This document shows positions 33,681 through 45,948 of a stretch of DNA of 64,000 nt, piece by piece. Within the stretch, counting starts at the first letter, position 1. Every line of letters starts with the position of its first letter. The notes below the pieces were generated by a model. The model saw only the letters and a list, made by a program, of their open reading frames with translations, ran no database searches and had not been told where the DNA came from. The translations under genes were made by a program, and so were the position numbers. Origin of the DNA: a virus; IMG/VR virus record IMGVR_UViG_3300021399_000007, positions 5,874 to 69,873 of that record. One strand, written 5' to 3'.

Positions 33681-34130
33681 ATGGAATTGACTGCTGATAT
33701 TAATGTAAAAAAACTTAATGATTTAGCTAAACTTCCTACAAGAGGAAGTGAATACGCGGCAGGATATGATTTATATGCAGCGACATATTATACTACTTAT
33801 ATTGAGCCTCATTCTACTGTAAAAATTGGAACTGGTCTCTCTTTTGAATTACCTAAAAACACATTTGCGGCAATTTTCCCGAGATCTGGTATTGCTACAA
33901 AGCGCGGCCTCCGCCCCGCAAACTGTGTGGGGGTATGTGATAGCGACTATCGAGGAGAATATATTGTAGCTTTACATAATGACACAGATGAAGTTCAAAG
34001 TATTGAGCCTCAAGAACGAATTGCACAGATGATTCTTCTTCCTTTTATTGAAATGAATTTTAATGAAGTAGAAGATTTATCTAATACTGATCGAGGTGAT
34101 TCTGGATTTGGAGATTCAGGTAAATTTTAA
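33681..34130 (+). CDS. dut: dUTP pyrophosphatase (trimeric dUTPase)
   Basis: dUTPase motifs AAGYDLYA, RSG, G..DSDYRGE and RGDSGFGDSG. Confidence 0.8.
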   Translation: MELTADINVKKLNDLAKLPTRGSEYAAGYDLYAATYYTTYIEPHSTVKIGTGLSFELPKNTFAAIFPRSGIATKRGLRPANCVGVCDSDYRGEYIVALHNDTDEVQSIEPQERIAQMILLPFIEMNFNEVEDLSNTDRGDSGFGDSGKF

Positions 34131-34261
34131 TGAAAATACTATTAGCAATTAGCTTCTCAATTTTATTTATAATATTAGGATTAATAGACAGAAAAACAAT
34201 GTCTGAAGAAGAATTAAAAAAAAGAATATGGTTATTCAACCATGGATTCTATTAAATAAAA

Positions 34262-34292
34262 AATAGGGCAGATGATTAAATCATCTGCCCTT
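34262..34292. terminator. Bidirectional intrinsic terminator between the convergent + (early) and - (late) blocks
   Basis: GGGCAGATGATTTAAATCATCTGCCC hairpin flanked by A-run and T-run. Confidence 0.55.
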
Positions 34293-34298
34293 TATTTT

Positions 34299-34861
34299 TT
34301 ACTCAGTTTTAACTGGTAAATTTGTTTTTATATCTCTTCCACCATTTGCATATCTAGCAAAATCGACCACTGCTTTAAATTGTTTTGGATCAAAACTATC
34401 AACAATTTTTGCAGCAGCTTCCGCATTAGCGGGTAAATCATTAATCATTTGATTAATGATTGCACCAACACTGGTATTATTTACAAAACTTGTTTCCTTA
34501 ATGTTATTAAGTTGTTCAAAAAGTTCATTATATTCATCTTCATTGATAACTTTAAAGAACTCTTCATAAAAACCGTTACTCTTTAAAGTATCATATAATT
34601 TAAATTCATCTTCTCTTTGTTTTTCAGTGAAAGAAATGTTTGTATACATATAAACTAAATTTAATTCAAAATATAAATTTAATTTAAACTCATTATACAT
34701 TCCATTCTACAAAGATTTTTGTAATGTAATCATTAATAAATCATATTTATCTTGCGCTGGCAAATACTGAAGAACTTCTACTTTTTGTCCACAAAAATCA
34801 AAAGTTTTTACTTCTGTATTTACCTTTAATTTCATATTAGCATAAGATACTTTCATATCAA
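34299..34861 (-). CDS. hypothetical late protein (1 in-frame TAG)
   Basis: A minus-strand sigma-70-like promoter TTGACAAAATAAAAATTTTATGTTATACTATAAT plus RBS AAAAGGAG at ~34865-34935. The frame continues through TAG into track ORF 34299..34700. Confidence 0.4.
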
Positions 34862-34934
34862 TATCTCCTTTTAACTCTTGTTTATACTAATTATAGTATA
34901 ACATAAAATTTTTATTTTGTCAAATTTTTTATTA

Positions 34935-35702
34935 TTACTAAATAGATTTTATTGTTTCTCCAATTGTTTCATTAGCGATATTTTGTAATGTTTGTTTTAA
35001 ACTTACATTTATTGAACGCTATGCTTCTTTATTTTCTTTTTTCTTTTTAATTAAATATTCTTGAATAGCCTAGAAATTGTTTAATTTATTATTAATAATT
35101 TCTTGTGCCATATTAAATAATTGTTCAATACTTAATGTAGTAGCTTGATTTGATTTTACTGCCATCTACATATTATTAATAGTAGTATCACCTTCTAAAG
35201 TACCTGATAAGTTTGTTACTTTCATTACATAACTCATAAATTGTTCCATATTATCTTCTGGCACATTGGTATGAATAAAATGTTCATGTAATAATAAAGT
35301 CGCATAAGCTTCATTTATGCTACCGAAAGAAGAAACCAAAACGCCATTCCATTTTTGTCCACTATATGGATAAAGCCATAAAATATATGCTCCGCCATTA
35401 GATCTTTTATATTTATTAAATCTCTAATATGCTGTATTATATGTAGATTTTAACGAGGAATAATTAAAATTTTTAGTGTCCTATTGTATAGATTGTTCAA
35501 TTTTTGTAGCATGCTCTCGTAACATTTTTGCATTATTTCTATATCTAACAATTACATTACCATATCTATCTACATCAACTTTTAAAAAATCTGACATATT
35601 ATTAATTACATAAGTTTCTGGAACTCCTTTAGATCCAACCCATACATATGTTGTAGCAACTATTTGTCCCAATGCAGCATTTAAATATTCTTGAAATTTC
35701 AT
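34935..35702 (-). CDS. hypothetical late protein with several in-frame TAG
   Basis: Track ORF 35481..35702 continues in the same frame through about 5 TAG codons to TAA at ~34935. Confidence 0.4.
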
Positions 35703-35753
35703 TGCTAACTAATAAGTTTCTAAAATCCCTTTTTTTATTTCCTAAGAAAAATT

Positions 35754-36065
35754 CTATTTTCGAATTCTTAATCTCTCTTTTAAATAGATATCATATTCTG
35801 TAGTGTCTTTATAGGCTGCACCATTAGCTTTACAATTTGCTTTAAAACTATGCCAAGCTTTTATAGTTCGTTTTAATGCTGTCTCAAAATTAGAAATTTG
35901 CTTTATCATTATTTGATATTTTTCTATAAACTTTGATGCAGTTTGTATAATAATTTTATAGCTCTTTTGAACTTCCTGCGCTTCAACAGAGGTTGATGCA
36001 TTTAAAATAATTTTAGTATTAACATCTAATTCATTTTTATCAAATTGAATATCTACTTGTGACAT
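35754..36065 (-). CDS. hypothetical protein
   Basis: ORF preceded by a terminator hairpin AGGGAGGGTTAATTATAATCCTCCCT at ~36085-36115. Confidence 0.4.
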   Translation of the reverse strand: MSQVDIQFDKNELDVNTKIILNASTSVEAQEVQKSYKIIIQTASKFIEKYQIMIKQISNFETALKRTIKAWHSFKANCKANGAAYKDTTEYDIYLKERLRIRK

Positions 36066-36140
36066 ATTTATTTATTCCTTTATAATAAAAAATAGGGAGG
36101 ATTATAATTAACCCTCCCTATTCTATTTTTATTTAATTAA

Positions 36141-37145
36141 TTATCCCTGTACTACATCATCTGTTTCAGTTCCTTCTCCAGTATGAGTTCCATTGACGGA
36201 ATCATCAATAGATTCATCAATATTGAAACCAGTTGGATGCGGGAATAATGGCTTAACTTCATTCTTAGCCTCGGTTGCATCATCAACTACCTGAATAGCG
36301 CAAAGAACTTTATTAGTCTTATTAAAATATGTATATCCAGGGAATGCATCCATAGTAAAGGTGAAGGTACTAGGATCACCAGTAGCTGCCATTGAGAAAG
36401 TAAAGTTAGACTGAATTTTAACATTCGGGAATGTTAAATTAGCAGGTAAATCTTTACCATCGGACTGACGTCTAAACAATGTATCTGCTTCTACATAGTA
36501 ATAACCACCGAAAGTACCTGCATCAATCTGAAGCTCAGATACAGTACTAGATGCCTTAATTACATAATAATCAACCATCACTGGCCCGCTACTTGCAATA
36601 GCGGTCGCTTCTGCAACACCAGTAATCTGTAATTTCTTACCGCCAGTAGCCACAGACCAGCCTTTTAAGATTTCACCAGTAAGATCACCATACTCATCTA
36701 ACTTAATAATATAAATAGGAGCTGTAGGACAAATTGTTTCACTTTGCTCTAAAGCATCCGTTAAATCAATTTCTAATGTATTATTAGTAGCTGTAATGGT
36801 AGCAGTTGCTGCAGCGATTGCATTAGTAGTCTGATGGAAATGAACAGATTCACTAGATAATCCTTTAATAACACCAGCACCAGAAAGCATAGCGAAACTA
36901 ACAGGAGAAAGTAAGGCGTCTTCAACAGTAAATGTAAGAGTTTTCTAACCTTCCCAAGCAATTAAACGAGTATTACCACGACCACCTGTTGCATATACCG
37001 TGGTAGCCGCACCTTCCATCGAAGATGTTTTTGCAGTATCAAGATAGAATACAGGCTGACCTTTTTCAAAAGTCTTATCACCAATTTTTTGCTGATTCTT
37101 TGCCTTAAATACTACATTAGCAATTTCACGCACACCAAATTTCAT
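36141..37145 (-). CDS. Virion structural protein (possible tail tube/major tail protein), 1 in-frame TAG
   Basis: RBS AAGGAGG. Track ORFs 36945..37145 and 36141..36890 share a frame and are joined through TAG at ~36943. Confidence 0.45.
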
Positions 37146-37190
37146 TTGGATTTCCTCCTTATATTTTTATACAAAATCTTATTATTTTTA

Positions 37191-38557
37191 TTATTTTGAA
37201 TCATCTTCATAGATGTCTTTTAACCAGTCTTCAGGATCCTACATACCAGTTGCCCCAGCAACTTTAAATCGTTCCCAAGTGTCATAATGCAATTTTAATT
37301 CAAACCGATTAAATTCATCCATCAATTGATAAACAGTATAATTCATTAAATCATTTATATTTTTTTGCTATCCAACAGCAAGAATAGATATATATCGACT
37401 TAAAATAGAGATTTTTGTTTTTGGCGCCAGCTTCGCCCTTTTTTCTTGACCTCTTTTAAGTTTATTTGCAATTTTTTGTGATAAACTTCCACTTGGATTA
37501 TACTATTTATTCTTTTCATTCTTTAGGCAAAATATATCAATTAAAATCTATTTAAAATTATCAAAATTTTTTTCATCAATTTTAGACACATCATTAGTCT
37601 ATGGATTTCGTAATTGTATTGCCTAAAGTTCCAACCTAATTTCATAAGTTGGAAACAACAAAGCGAGAATAGATAAAACATTTAATCTAGCCTATTGAGA
37701 TTCTAAATTTTTTTCTCGTATCATTGTCATTATTATATTAAAATTTGACAAGTTCGATAAATCAATTTTGTCCTAAGTGAAAAAGACATCTTTATTAAAA
37801 TTTAATAATTCGCATCCAGGCCAAAACCGTGACTATGTAATATAAGCAATTTCTTTTAATCGCGGCTGATGAATTGTAATTCTAGCTTCTGGAAATGGAA
37901 TATCATTTCCCGATAATAAAAGTAATTCATCAATCATTTTTTATTAATCCATCCATCATAATTAGGCATTTTATCATGCTAACTTGGTAATACATCATCC
38001 GTACCATGAACAGCAGAATAAGTTAACGTATAACCAGAAAGAGTTTCATCAAGTACGAGCTAATTACAACCTGTAAATTGGAAAGTTCCAAGCCCAGATA
38101 ACCGCGCATTATTAAGAATCCCATCAATATATCCACAAATTTTTAATGGCCTAACTCTAAAATTACCAAGATCCCAACAATCAGTGTGACATAATACATC
38201 AATATAAACATTGCAATCTCTAAATTGTGGATTTGTTATAGTTGGTTTAAAATTATCAAAAGAAAAAATTAAATAACTTTTAACTTCCTAATGCTAAGAC
38301 ATCATAATTTTTGGTTCAAATTTTATATATCCTAGCTATCTTAATTTAGCCAAACTCATATCTTTAATCGCATTTTGATAAATAACACTGTTTGTATCTA
38401 AACAATCTTTTGTATTAATAACTAGTAATTTTTTTAATTCATTACTATAAGGTTGACTTTCTATAAACAATTTTCGTAAAATTGTTTCTAAATCTTTTTC
38501 ACATGATAAAAAAGATGAAGTAAAATCAACTGGTCTTAAAATTAAATCTCTTTTCAT
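37191..38557 (-). other. TAG-dense late coding region (at least 2 genes); frames only partly resolved by eye
   Basis: No ORF of 60 aa or more in any frame. A minus-strand frame downstream of 38336..38557 reads protein-like sequence (LGYIKFEPKIMMSQHQEV...HSHGFG...) with TAG about every 20-40 codons and real TAA TAA TGA stops at ~37725. A separate ~109 aa frame with 2 TAG ends at TAA 37191. Confidence 0.35.
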
Positions 38558-38582
38558 ATGTTTTATCTACTCCTTTTATCTC

Positions 38583-39566
38583 TTAAAGGGCAGTAATTGT
38601 TACATCTAATGTAATATCTTCTTGGCCCTCAACTCTATATATTAAAGTAAATACTCCCAATTCACCAATAGAAACATTCAATGGAATAATTTTTAAAGAG
38701 CTATTTAGTGAATCTTCTTTATCTTTCCATCTTATATACCAATGACCATTTTCAGCATTATGAATTTCATAATATGCCTTGCTGTATTGCTGAACTGCAG
38801 TTGGTCCATCAATATAAGCGGCGGTCTCATCGATAGGATTTTCCTGTCCAGACTCATCGTGTTCAGCAGCGACTGCATCCGCAATAGAATTTTCAAAAAA
38901 TTCATCTAAGAATACTTGAATAATACCATCTCCATAATAGGGATCTACACCAACTACTTGCCAAGTTTTTTCTGTATTATATCTTGGATCTAAAACTTTT
39001 ATAGTTTTAAATCTTTCAAAATAATTATTTGTAGTTTCATCTGCAGCAATATACATTACTAATGAATAATTCAATGTATTCCATTCAATACCCGCTTTTT
39101 GAGTCCATTCAATAGAAGTCTCAACAGGTCCTCGAATATAAACCCAATATAAATTATCCCCAACTTTAACCTATTGATCACATCTTCTAATCTCAGATCT
39201 AAAATAAGCATCTTCTTCAAGATACTCTAAATACACAAGCCAATGTGTATCAGTTTCTTTCCATGTAAAAACATCTCCAGGTTTAATATCAATATCAATC
39301 TCCCCCTAAGACGTTTTTCCCATTCTTGGAGTATTTAAACAAATGTCTTTATATGGGATGGAAAGAATTTTATTATCATAAGCTGGTTTATTTTTATCTG
39401 GATTAATTAAACACCTAAATTCTTTTCCATCTGATAATATCGCTGTGGCAGCTTGATAAGAATATAATAAAGCTTTTTTTAGACTTTTTAATTTATCATT
39501 AATAAATCTTTGCTCTTGATTGCCACCTTGATATTTTAACCTTTTATTTAATAATTCTAAGGACAT
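38583..39566 (-). CDS. Virion structural protein (2 in-frame TAG)
   Basis: Track ORFs 39306..39566 and 38583..39074 are in one frame, joined through TAGs. Confidence 0.45.
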
Positions 39567-39593
39567 TTTATTAATCTCCTTTAAAGAATTTTA

Positions 39594-39932
39594 TTATATT
39601 CTATCTCCATTTGATAATATACTTTTTTGTAACTCATTCATTAATCCTAAACATTCAAAAATCGTTCTACGATAACAAAGAAAATCATCATCATCTATTA
39701 ATGAATAAAGTCCTTCTAATTTATTTAATAAGGGAAAGAAGATTTCTGAATAGCCGCAATTCATTAATCTTTGCATTCCCGCTAATTCTTCTAATATTGT
39801 TTGTAATGGTTTTTTCCAATCAGCGCCCTATTCTCTACTAGGTAAAAGTTTATAAATTTGATTAATAAGATTTTGTAATCTATCATGAATTGTTAAATTA
39901 TCCATAACAATATTATATTTTAATATCATAAT
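39594..39932 (-). CDS. small late protein (1 in-frame TAG)
   Basis: ATG at ~39932 (MILKYNIVMDNL...). The frame continues through TAG into track ORF 39594..39776. Confidence 0.4.
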
Positions 39933-39934
39933 AA

Positions 39935-40528
39935 TTATCCCCCTGCCTTTTCATTGATAATTCTTTTATCAATTAAATCATCAACCGTATAATTAACAGG
40001 AGTTCTAAGCAATCCAAGAGTAGATTTCATAATACCATTCTTATTAGGAGCCCTTCTTTTATATAAACGCTGAAGATGAAATCCTTCTCTTTCGTAATCT
40101 TTCTTTAATTGAAGAAGCTTTTGCATATGATTAGCTTGAGAAGTAAATTTGAAATCAGACCCGCTATATTTCATTCGTGTATTTTCTACACTAGCAAGTT
40201 GTTGACTTAACCATTCTACAATCATATAAACAGCAAGAATATTTATCTCTTCATGTGTTAATGAATTATTAAAATATCCTTCATTATAAATAATTGCAGG
40301 CACTTCCTCATTATCACTTTCTGCCCCTTGATAAGTTGATTCTTCTGTAACTTCAAGCAATTCATAATCCCATAAATTAATACGAGGAAATTCAAATTTT
40401 TCAATAGCAGAAAGTAAAAGCTGTTCTAACATTTTGAATGTATCTAATTCTGTTAATTCTAAATACATATCATCTGTAATTTTTGAAAGAAAGGAGTCAT
40501 ATACAAGTGAAAAAGCAGTTGTATTCAT
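39935..40528 (-). CDS. hypothetical structural protein
   Basis: 197 aa ORF with an RBS AGGAGGTAT. Confidence 0.45.
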   Translation of the reverse strand: MNTTAFSLVYDSFLSKITDDMYLELTELDTFKMLEQLLLSAIEKFEFPRINLWDYELLEVTEESTYQGAESDNEEVPAIIYNEGYFNNSLTHEEINILAVYMIVEWLSQQLASVENTRMKYSGSDFKFTSQANHMQKLLQLKKDYEREGFHLQRLYKRRAPNKNGIMKSTLGLLRTPVNYTVDDLIDKRIINEKAGG

Positions 40529-40549
40529 TTATATACCTCCTATTAAAAA

Positions 40550-41137
40550 TTATTCTTTAGCAACTGGCTTATACCTACGTCCAGATGGCGCGGCGGCTGT
40601 ATTATCAGATTTTATCGGACTAGTCCTTCTCTTAATAGTAGTTTGAACATTCTCATTACTATCATTTTCTGTTTCACTATCATACTTTGTATTTTGAATT
40701 TCAATAGCTCTAGTAACATCAAATCCTAATTTATCTTTAATAGCTTGACGCTTATTCATATCATTAAGCGGCATTTTAACTGATAAATCTTTAATCATAT
40801 CTTTAATTACATCTGGAGCAAAATCTAAACAATCTAAAAATTGATCTAATGTGCCAACTGTTAATAATTTTTTCACATCATCCTCTGAATAATGATATTC
40901 AGGTTCAGAATTTTGATTAAATAATGCAGTAACCACATTTTCATCAACAATTTCAAGATATTCTTTTAAAATTACATCTCCGCCAGGGATGAAAGATAAT
41001 TTTTCTAATTCATCAAATGAAATATCCTTACTTTCATGAGGATAAAAATTTCTATGAACTCCCAACTCAGGAACATCATAGCCAACAACACCATTAAATT
41101 TATTAACGACTTTTACCATTTCATTTTTGTCAATCAT
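40550..41137 (-). CDS. hypothetical structural protein
   Basis: 195 aa ORF with an RBS AAAGGAG. Confidence 0.45.
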   Translation of the reverse strand: MIDKNEMVKVVNKFNGVVGYDVPELGVHRNFYPHESKDISFDELEKLSFIPGGDVILKEYLEIVDENVVTALFNQNSEPEYHYSEDDVKKLLTVGTLDQFLDCLDFAPDVIKDMIKDLSVKMPLNDMNKRQAIKDKLGFDVTRAIEIQNTKYDSETENDSNENVQTTIKRRTSPIKSDNTAAAPSGRRYKPVAKE

Positions 41138-41159
41138 ATTAAAACTCCTTTTATCTCTT

Positions 41160-41200
41160 TATAAAAAAAATAGGGGAGAAGAATTAAAATAATTATTCTC
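41160..41200 (-). terminator. Intrinsic terminator immediately downstream of the major capsid gene
   Basis: Minus-strand hairpin GGGGAGAATAATTATTTTAATTCTTCTCCCC followed by a T-run. Confidence 0.45.
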
Positions 41201-41217
41201 CCCAATTAAACAATATA

Positions 41218-42282
41218 TTATTTTGTTCCAATATATTTCTTAAGTGTGGTGTTTTGATAAATGCAGATTCCAGGATTAACCATATAAGTAGCTACACCAA
41301 GTTTCTGATAAGTCTGAATCTCAGTAGACCAATCACGATTATCAAAAGATTTCACTTGAGCAGTGCCTTCAAATGCAACTTTTACGGGCTTTTCAGCGCC
41401 AGTAGGAATAATATAAGCAAGAGAAGGATCAATGACCTTATCTGCATATAACGCAGTCTTACCAATATTATCTTCAAAAGATTGAGGAAGAATAATTACA
41501 CGATGGCCCTTATAAATTGCAAAGTATCCATTATTCCAAATTTCCTCTTTCATCCCATCCGACCAAGTATTAGCACTTGCAGGAAGCATTGTAGCAGCAA
41601 ATTCAAAAGTGCAATAAATTGTGCTCTTTCCACCATAAGAATCAGCGATCTGAAGTAATTTATCCATTTCAGCTTCACTGAATGTTGTCTGAACAGACTT
41701 CTGAAGATTAGGAACATTATTAATTAAAGCTTCAAGAGCCTTAGCAATTTCCTTATAAACTGCTTCATCCATTCCTTCAAGTACAAGACTATAATAATCA
41801 TTCATAGTCATGCGGCCATCAAGCAGCTCTTCCCATTCAATACGAGCAGCGCCGCCATAAGCAGCAGTTGGTACTTCGAGTGAATATCCGTCTAACTTGA
41901 AGACTTCATATCTACCAGCTAAACCAACTCTAGTAACGAACTGTTTTGCACGTTTCTTAGAAGCCTCACTAATTCTTACCTTATAAACAGGCTTTACTCC
42001 CTGAGCAAAGGTACGGACATCAGCAAACTGACCGTATGCTTGAAGTACCTTCTGAGGAAGAACCTCGGTAAGACCGACTTCCATTAATGTATAAATAAGA
42101 TTTTTATTTTCTCTAAAATCTTGAGGAGTAGAACCAAGTTCATTTAACTCCTTAATAAATGTTTTATTCAGAGCTTCCGCTGAAAGCTTCTCTCCGCCGA
42201 AAGAATAAGCGACAGAAGGATTTAATGAAGCCTTAGCATTGGCTCTAGCTAATTCAATAAGCTGATCTCTTGTTAATGCCAT
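41218..42282 (-). CDS. Major capsid protein (probable HK97-fold), no in-frame TAG
   Basis: Position downstream of the protease/scaffold gene. Strong RBS AGGAGG before MALTRDQ. About 354 aa. Followed by a terminator. Confidence 0.55.
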   Translation of the reverse strand: MALTRDQLIELARANAKASLNPSVAYSFGGEKLSAEALNKTFIKELNELGSTPQDFRENKNLIYTLMEVGLTEVLPQKVLQAYGQFADVRTFAQGVKPVYKVRISEASKKRAKQFVTRVGLAGRYEVFKLDGYSLEVPTAAYGGAARIEWEELLDGRMTMNDYYSLVLEGMDEAVYKEIAKALEALINNVPNLQKSVQTTFSEAEMDKLLQIADSYGGKSTIYCTFEFAATMLPASANTWSDGMKEEIWNNGYFAIYKGHRVIILPQSFEDNIGKTALYADKVIDPSLAYIIPTGAEKPVKVAFEGTAQVKSFDNRDWSTEIQTYQKLGVATYMVNPGICIYQNTTLKKYIGTK

Positions 42283-42299
42283 TGTCTTTTTCCTCCTTA

Positions 42300-42887
42300 T
42301 CACTGAACTCTCTGAATCTTAACGCCCTGTTGACCATCAGGCATTGTATAAATTTTTACAACCTTCCAAGCCATTCCAGTCACCCCAGAAAGACTAGAAG
42401 CTGCACTACCACCAGACTTAATTACCTCTAAGAATCCTGTGGTCCCAGGTGTTAAATAATTACCCTCAGCAATTGCAACGCCAGTAGTTTCTGCAGTATC
42501 AGAAGTATTAGCTTCAAAAGTATTAGTTGTAAAAATATCACCAATATTTGTTTTAATTAAACGCGGATACATTTTACCATCAGTAAAATCATCCACTTTA
42601 TATACAAAATCTTTATGACTTTGTTTCCTTTCATCATAAAGTTTCTCTTCATTATAAACAAGCATAAATTCGCCATCACCAGTAAAATTTACTTCACCAG
42701 CCGCATAATCATATTTAGCAAATTGACCCTGTTCAAGTTGGGTAATTGCATTGCTTGGTTGACCACTTGCAGCCGTATTTCCTTTTGCAGGTAACTGAGC
42801 GTAAATCTGACCAGTGACAATACCAGAAAGGTGATTAGGCTCAACTTGTCCATAACCTTTTCTCTTAATTGTTGCCATTTTCAGCAT
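42300..42887 (-). CDS. hypothetical head protein (decoration/head-associated?)
   Basis: 195 aa ORF between the protease/scaffold gene and the capsid gene. Confidence 0.4.
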   Translation of the reverse strand: MLKMATIKRKGYGQVEPNHLSGIVTGQIYAQLPAKGNTAASGQPSNAITQLEQGQFAKYDYAAGEVNFTGDGEFMLVYNEEKLYDERKQSHKDFVYKVDDFTDGKMYPRLIKTNIGDIFTTNTFEANTSDTAETTGVAIAEGNYLTPGTTGFLEVIKSGGSAASSLSGVTGMAWKVVKIYTMPDGQQGVKIQRVQ

Positions 42888-42906
42888 CCTCCTAATAATT
42901 AAAAAA

Positions 42907-44238
42907 TTAATTAAGTCTTTCTTGTTCTTTAACAGCTTTCACCCAATCTGGCAGGCTGTTGTTCTCATCACCTAAATTATAGGTTATAATATCTTCTTCG
43001 TTTTTCTTTTCATCAGTCTTTTTTTCTAAAGAAAAACTAATTTTTTTATCAAAGCAAATTACAGAAAGTTTTGCTTTAATTTCATCTAAAGTATACTTCT
43101 CTTTATTACTAATAACATCTGCTTTATCTTCATCGGAAAGCATATAAAATTCAGCAATAAGAGCATCCTTCTTCTGATTATCAATTTCTTTCTTGAAATT
43201 TACAAGTTCTTGATATTGACTCTGAAGCGTACTATAACTTTCTTTTAAAGTATTAAGCTCTTCTTCGAGTAACTCATACTTTTTAGCACTATTCTTATCA
43301 TCATCATCCTTGTCATCATCAGGATCATCATCAGGATCATTTTCACCCTCATCATCCACGGGCTTATCATCCTTTTCATTATCCTTTTTAACGTAATCAG
43401 TAGGAGCAGAAGTATCCTCTATGTTATTATTAACCTCTGGAGTTGTTTCAGCATTCACTTCTTCCGCCTGAGTAAACTCAGTAACAGGTTCAATATTTTC
43501 ATCTTCAACAACCACAGTGTCTTTAAGATTCTCCATCTGTTGTCCTCCTCCGTTCAAGGCATTCTTTAAATCTTGCATCATACTATAAAGTGTGTGCTTA
43601 AAATTATCATCTAATGTAAATCTTGCACTTACATTTGGAGCCGTTACAGAAGCGCCTTCGAAGCAAGGCTCAACATCGTCTCCTAATATGCAAATTTTTT
43701 GAATAATTGCATCATTTATAATAAAGAAATCCATTCCATTGTCATAACTAGTTTCCCAATGTCCCTTAACAGATTCCTTTTGAAGTTCCATTGATTGCGG
43801 ACGCCCCTCTTCCACAGGTAAGCTGGATTCTGGGAATTGATCGGTCCAAAGGTATCCAGTAGTCATAAGATATTTATGAACAATAGTGTTACCCATGCCA
43901 TCATTGTCTTCAAAATTTTGGAACCAAACTTTTGCGTCTGGTGCTACAAATCCATAAGGAACAGTTTGACATTCGAATTTAATTCCTTCATCATCAATAA
44001 TAACTTTTTCTCCATGATCTGTAAAATCTTCTTTACTTTCTCTATAATAACCAACAATAGGAGCGCCGCGAAGAGTTTTACCAATTTCAGCTGCAACTTC
44101 TTCTGTAATGAAAGTATGGTTTCTATTAGCTCCTACATAAAGAACCTTAATCTCACATTTTGACATTAAGGGATTAATATCAAGAGGTTGAAGATTTAAA
44201 AATTCAGGAGAGTCTATAGTCGCAACTGATTGATGCAT
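42907..44238 (-). CDS. Putative prohead protease/scaffold fusion protein
   Basis: 443 aa with a globular N-terminal domain and a C-terminal highly acidic stretch (DDDPDDDKDDDDK) plus coiled coil (ELLEEELNTLKESYSTLQSQYQELVNF). Lies between portal and capsid. No TAG. Confidence 0.45.
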   Translation of the reverse strand: MHQSVATIDSPEFLNLQPLDINPLMSKCEIKVLYVGANRNHTFITEEVAAEIGKTLRGAPIVGYYRESKEDFTDHGEKVIIDDEGIKFECQTVPYGFVAPDAKVWFQNFEDNDGMGNTIVHKYLMTTGYLWTDQFPESSLPVEEGRPQSMELQKESVKGHWETSYDNGMDFFIINDAIIQKICILGDDVEPCFEGASVTAPNVSARFTLDDNFKHTLYSMMQDLKNALNGGGQQMENLKDTVVVEDENIEPVTEFTQAEEVNAETTPEVNNNIEDTSAPTDYVKKDNEKDDKPVDDEGENDPDDDPDDDKDDDDKNSAKKYELLEEELNTLKESYSTLQSQYQELVNFKKEIDNQKKDALIAEFYMLSDEDKADVISNKEKYTLDEIKAKLSVICFDKKISFSLEKKTDEKKNEEDIITYNLGDENNSLPDWVKAVKEQERLN

Positions 44239-44415
44239 AATAAAATTCTCCTTTCATTCCCTCATATTTATATTAAAAATTTAGGCATTTTCTTTAACGG
44301 CTTTTGTCCAAAAAATTTTTTAGCTCATTGATTCTTTATTTTGTAAAGTTTTTGTTGATTTTTCATCATCAGCTTTTTCCGGCCTGCCCGCGCCATCTCC
44401 ACTTTCTGAACCACC

Positions 44416-45888
44416 CTACTTGCGATTAAGAACTTCCGCATTCATAGTGCTAGACATTAATGGAGGAATAAATACATTAACCAAATCAAGAATATCATTT
44501 TCAAAATAAGCAGTAGCCAATACCGCACTTTGTGCTTGACCCAATGCTATTTGCGGCAACATTTTAGAATAACCTAATTGAGTATGTTCCTTATATTGTT
44601 TAGCTAAATCTTTATAATTATAGATTGTAGTAGGAAGAATTTGTGCTCTATAAGTAACCTTTTTTGGACTTCGATTATAAGGTATTAATAGAGTATTTAA
44701 AAATGTTTCAAACTGTTGAATCAAATTCCACATTGAAGCTTCATCATTTAAGATAGATTTTTCAAGAGCAATGTTACCATCTGTGTTAAATTGCATTTGT
44801 GAAACACCTGCTTCATTATAAACAGTTCGTTCCACTTTTTCCAAATCATCTGTAGTAGTTGATGTCTTATTATCAGCCATGTCTGCGACTTCAACATCCG
44901 CAAAAGTAGTTAAAACATCAATTCCAATAGCCTTAGATAGCATTTGAACCGCATTGTTATGAAGTTGTTGCGCTTCATCTACATCAAATACTAAATCACC
45001 ATTTTTATCAATAGGCATTTTCTGAATGATAATTTTTAACAATTGTTGTTGCATTTTGCGGCGGTCGAGGTCTTGTGCCGCATCCAAATCAATAATTGCA
45101 GGAATTACCGCAATAAAAGGAGGAAAATCCTCCCCATTTAAATTGAATTTAATAACAGAACCAATTTCAAGTAAATACCACCCAGATTCATCTCCAGGAA
45201 AATCAGGCTTTAATTTTCCTTGTCTATACAGTTTATATCCTTTTTCAAATTCTGGTGGAAATACTTTTAACATTCTTGCAAGTTGTTCTGCATTAGCAAA
45301 CATATCATTAAAATATTTCATATTAAATTCAACCGCAGGATGACCATTTACCATAAAACGCGATCTACAATATTTTGGTGGCAATTCTTGTACAATAACA
45401 GTTCCATTTTGTGCAATTAAATAACCATAATAACAGCCATTTTTCATTACTTTTAATGCAACTTCTCCAAAAAATTTCTTCGCTTCAAAATTATCCAAAT
45501 ATGCTAAAACTTTATTAAAGCCCTCAAGAAGTTTTTCAGGTTTTATTGCTTCAGTATAGTAGGGTGTAACAAGCCAATCATATCTATACATATATGCCAT
45601 ATAACGGCACAATCTTTGATAAATACCGCTAATTTTATAAAAATAATTAGAGATATCTCTCATTTTATCAAGGTCGTTATAATAAATTGCTCTTAAAACC
45701 TGTTCTTTATCTGCTAATTGTGGATTTACTTTACGAAGGTCACCTAATTTAAGAATCGCATCAGATATTGACTTTACTCCAACTTTAATTTTTGCAAAGT
45801 CAATAGGCACATAACCAGTAGCCTAATTAGGAATTTGGTAATCTTCAGTTCCAATCATGTTAAAGCCTTTTTTCTTTATCTAAGCCAT
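44416..45888 (-). CDS. Portal protein (by size and position), 2 in-frame TAG near the N-terminus
   Basis: Frame extends upstream of the track start through 2 TAG to ATG at ~45888 (MAQIKKKGFNMIGTEDYQIPNQATGYVPIDF...). Lies directly downstream of the large terminase. Confidence 0.5.
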
Positions 45889-45948
45889 TCGATTAATCAA
45901 CTTTAGATACCTCTCCTTCTTTAATATCCAGCCGCCTCTAATATATAA

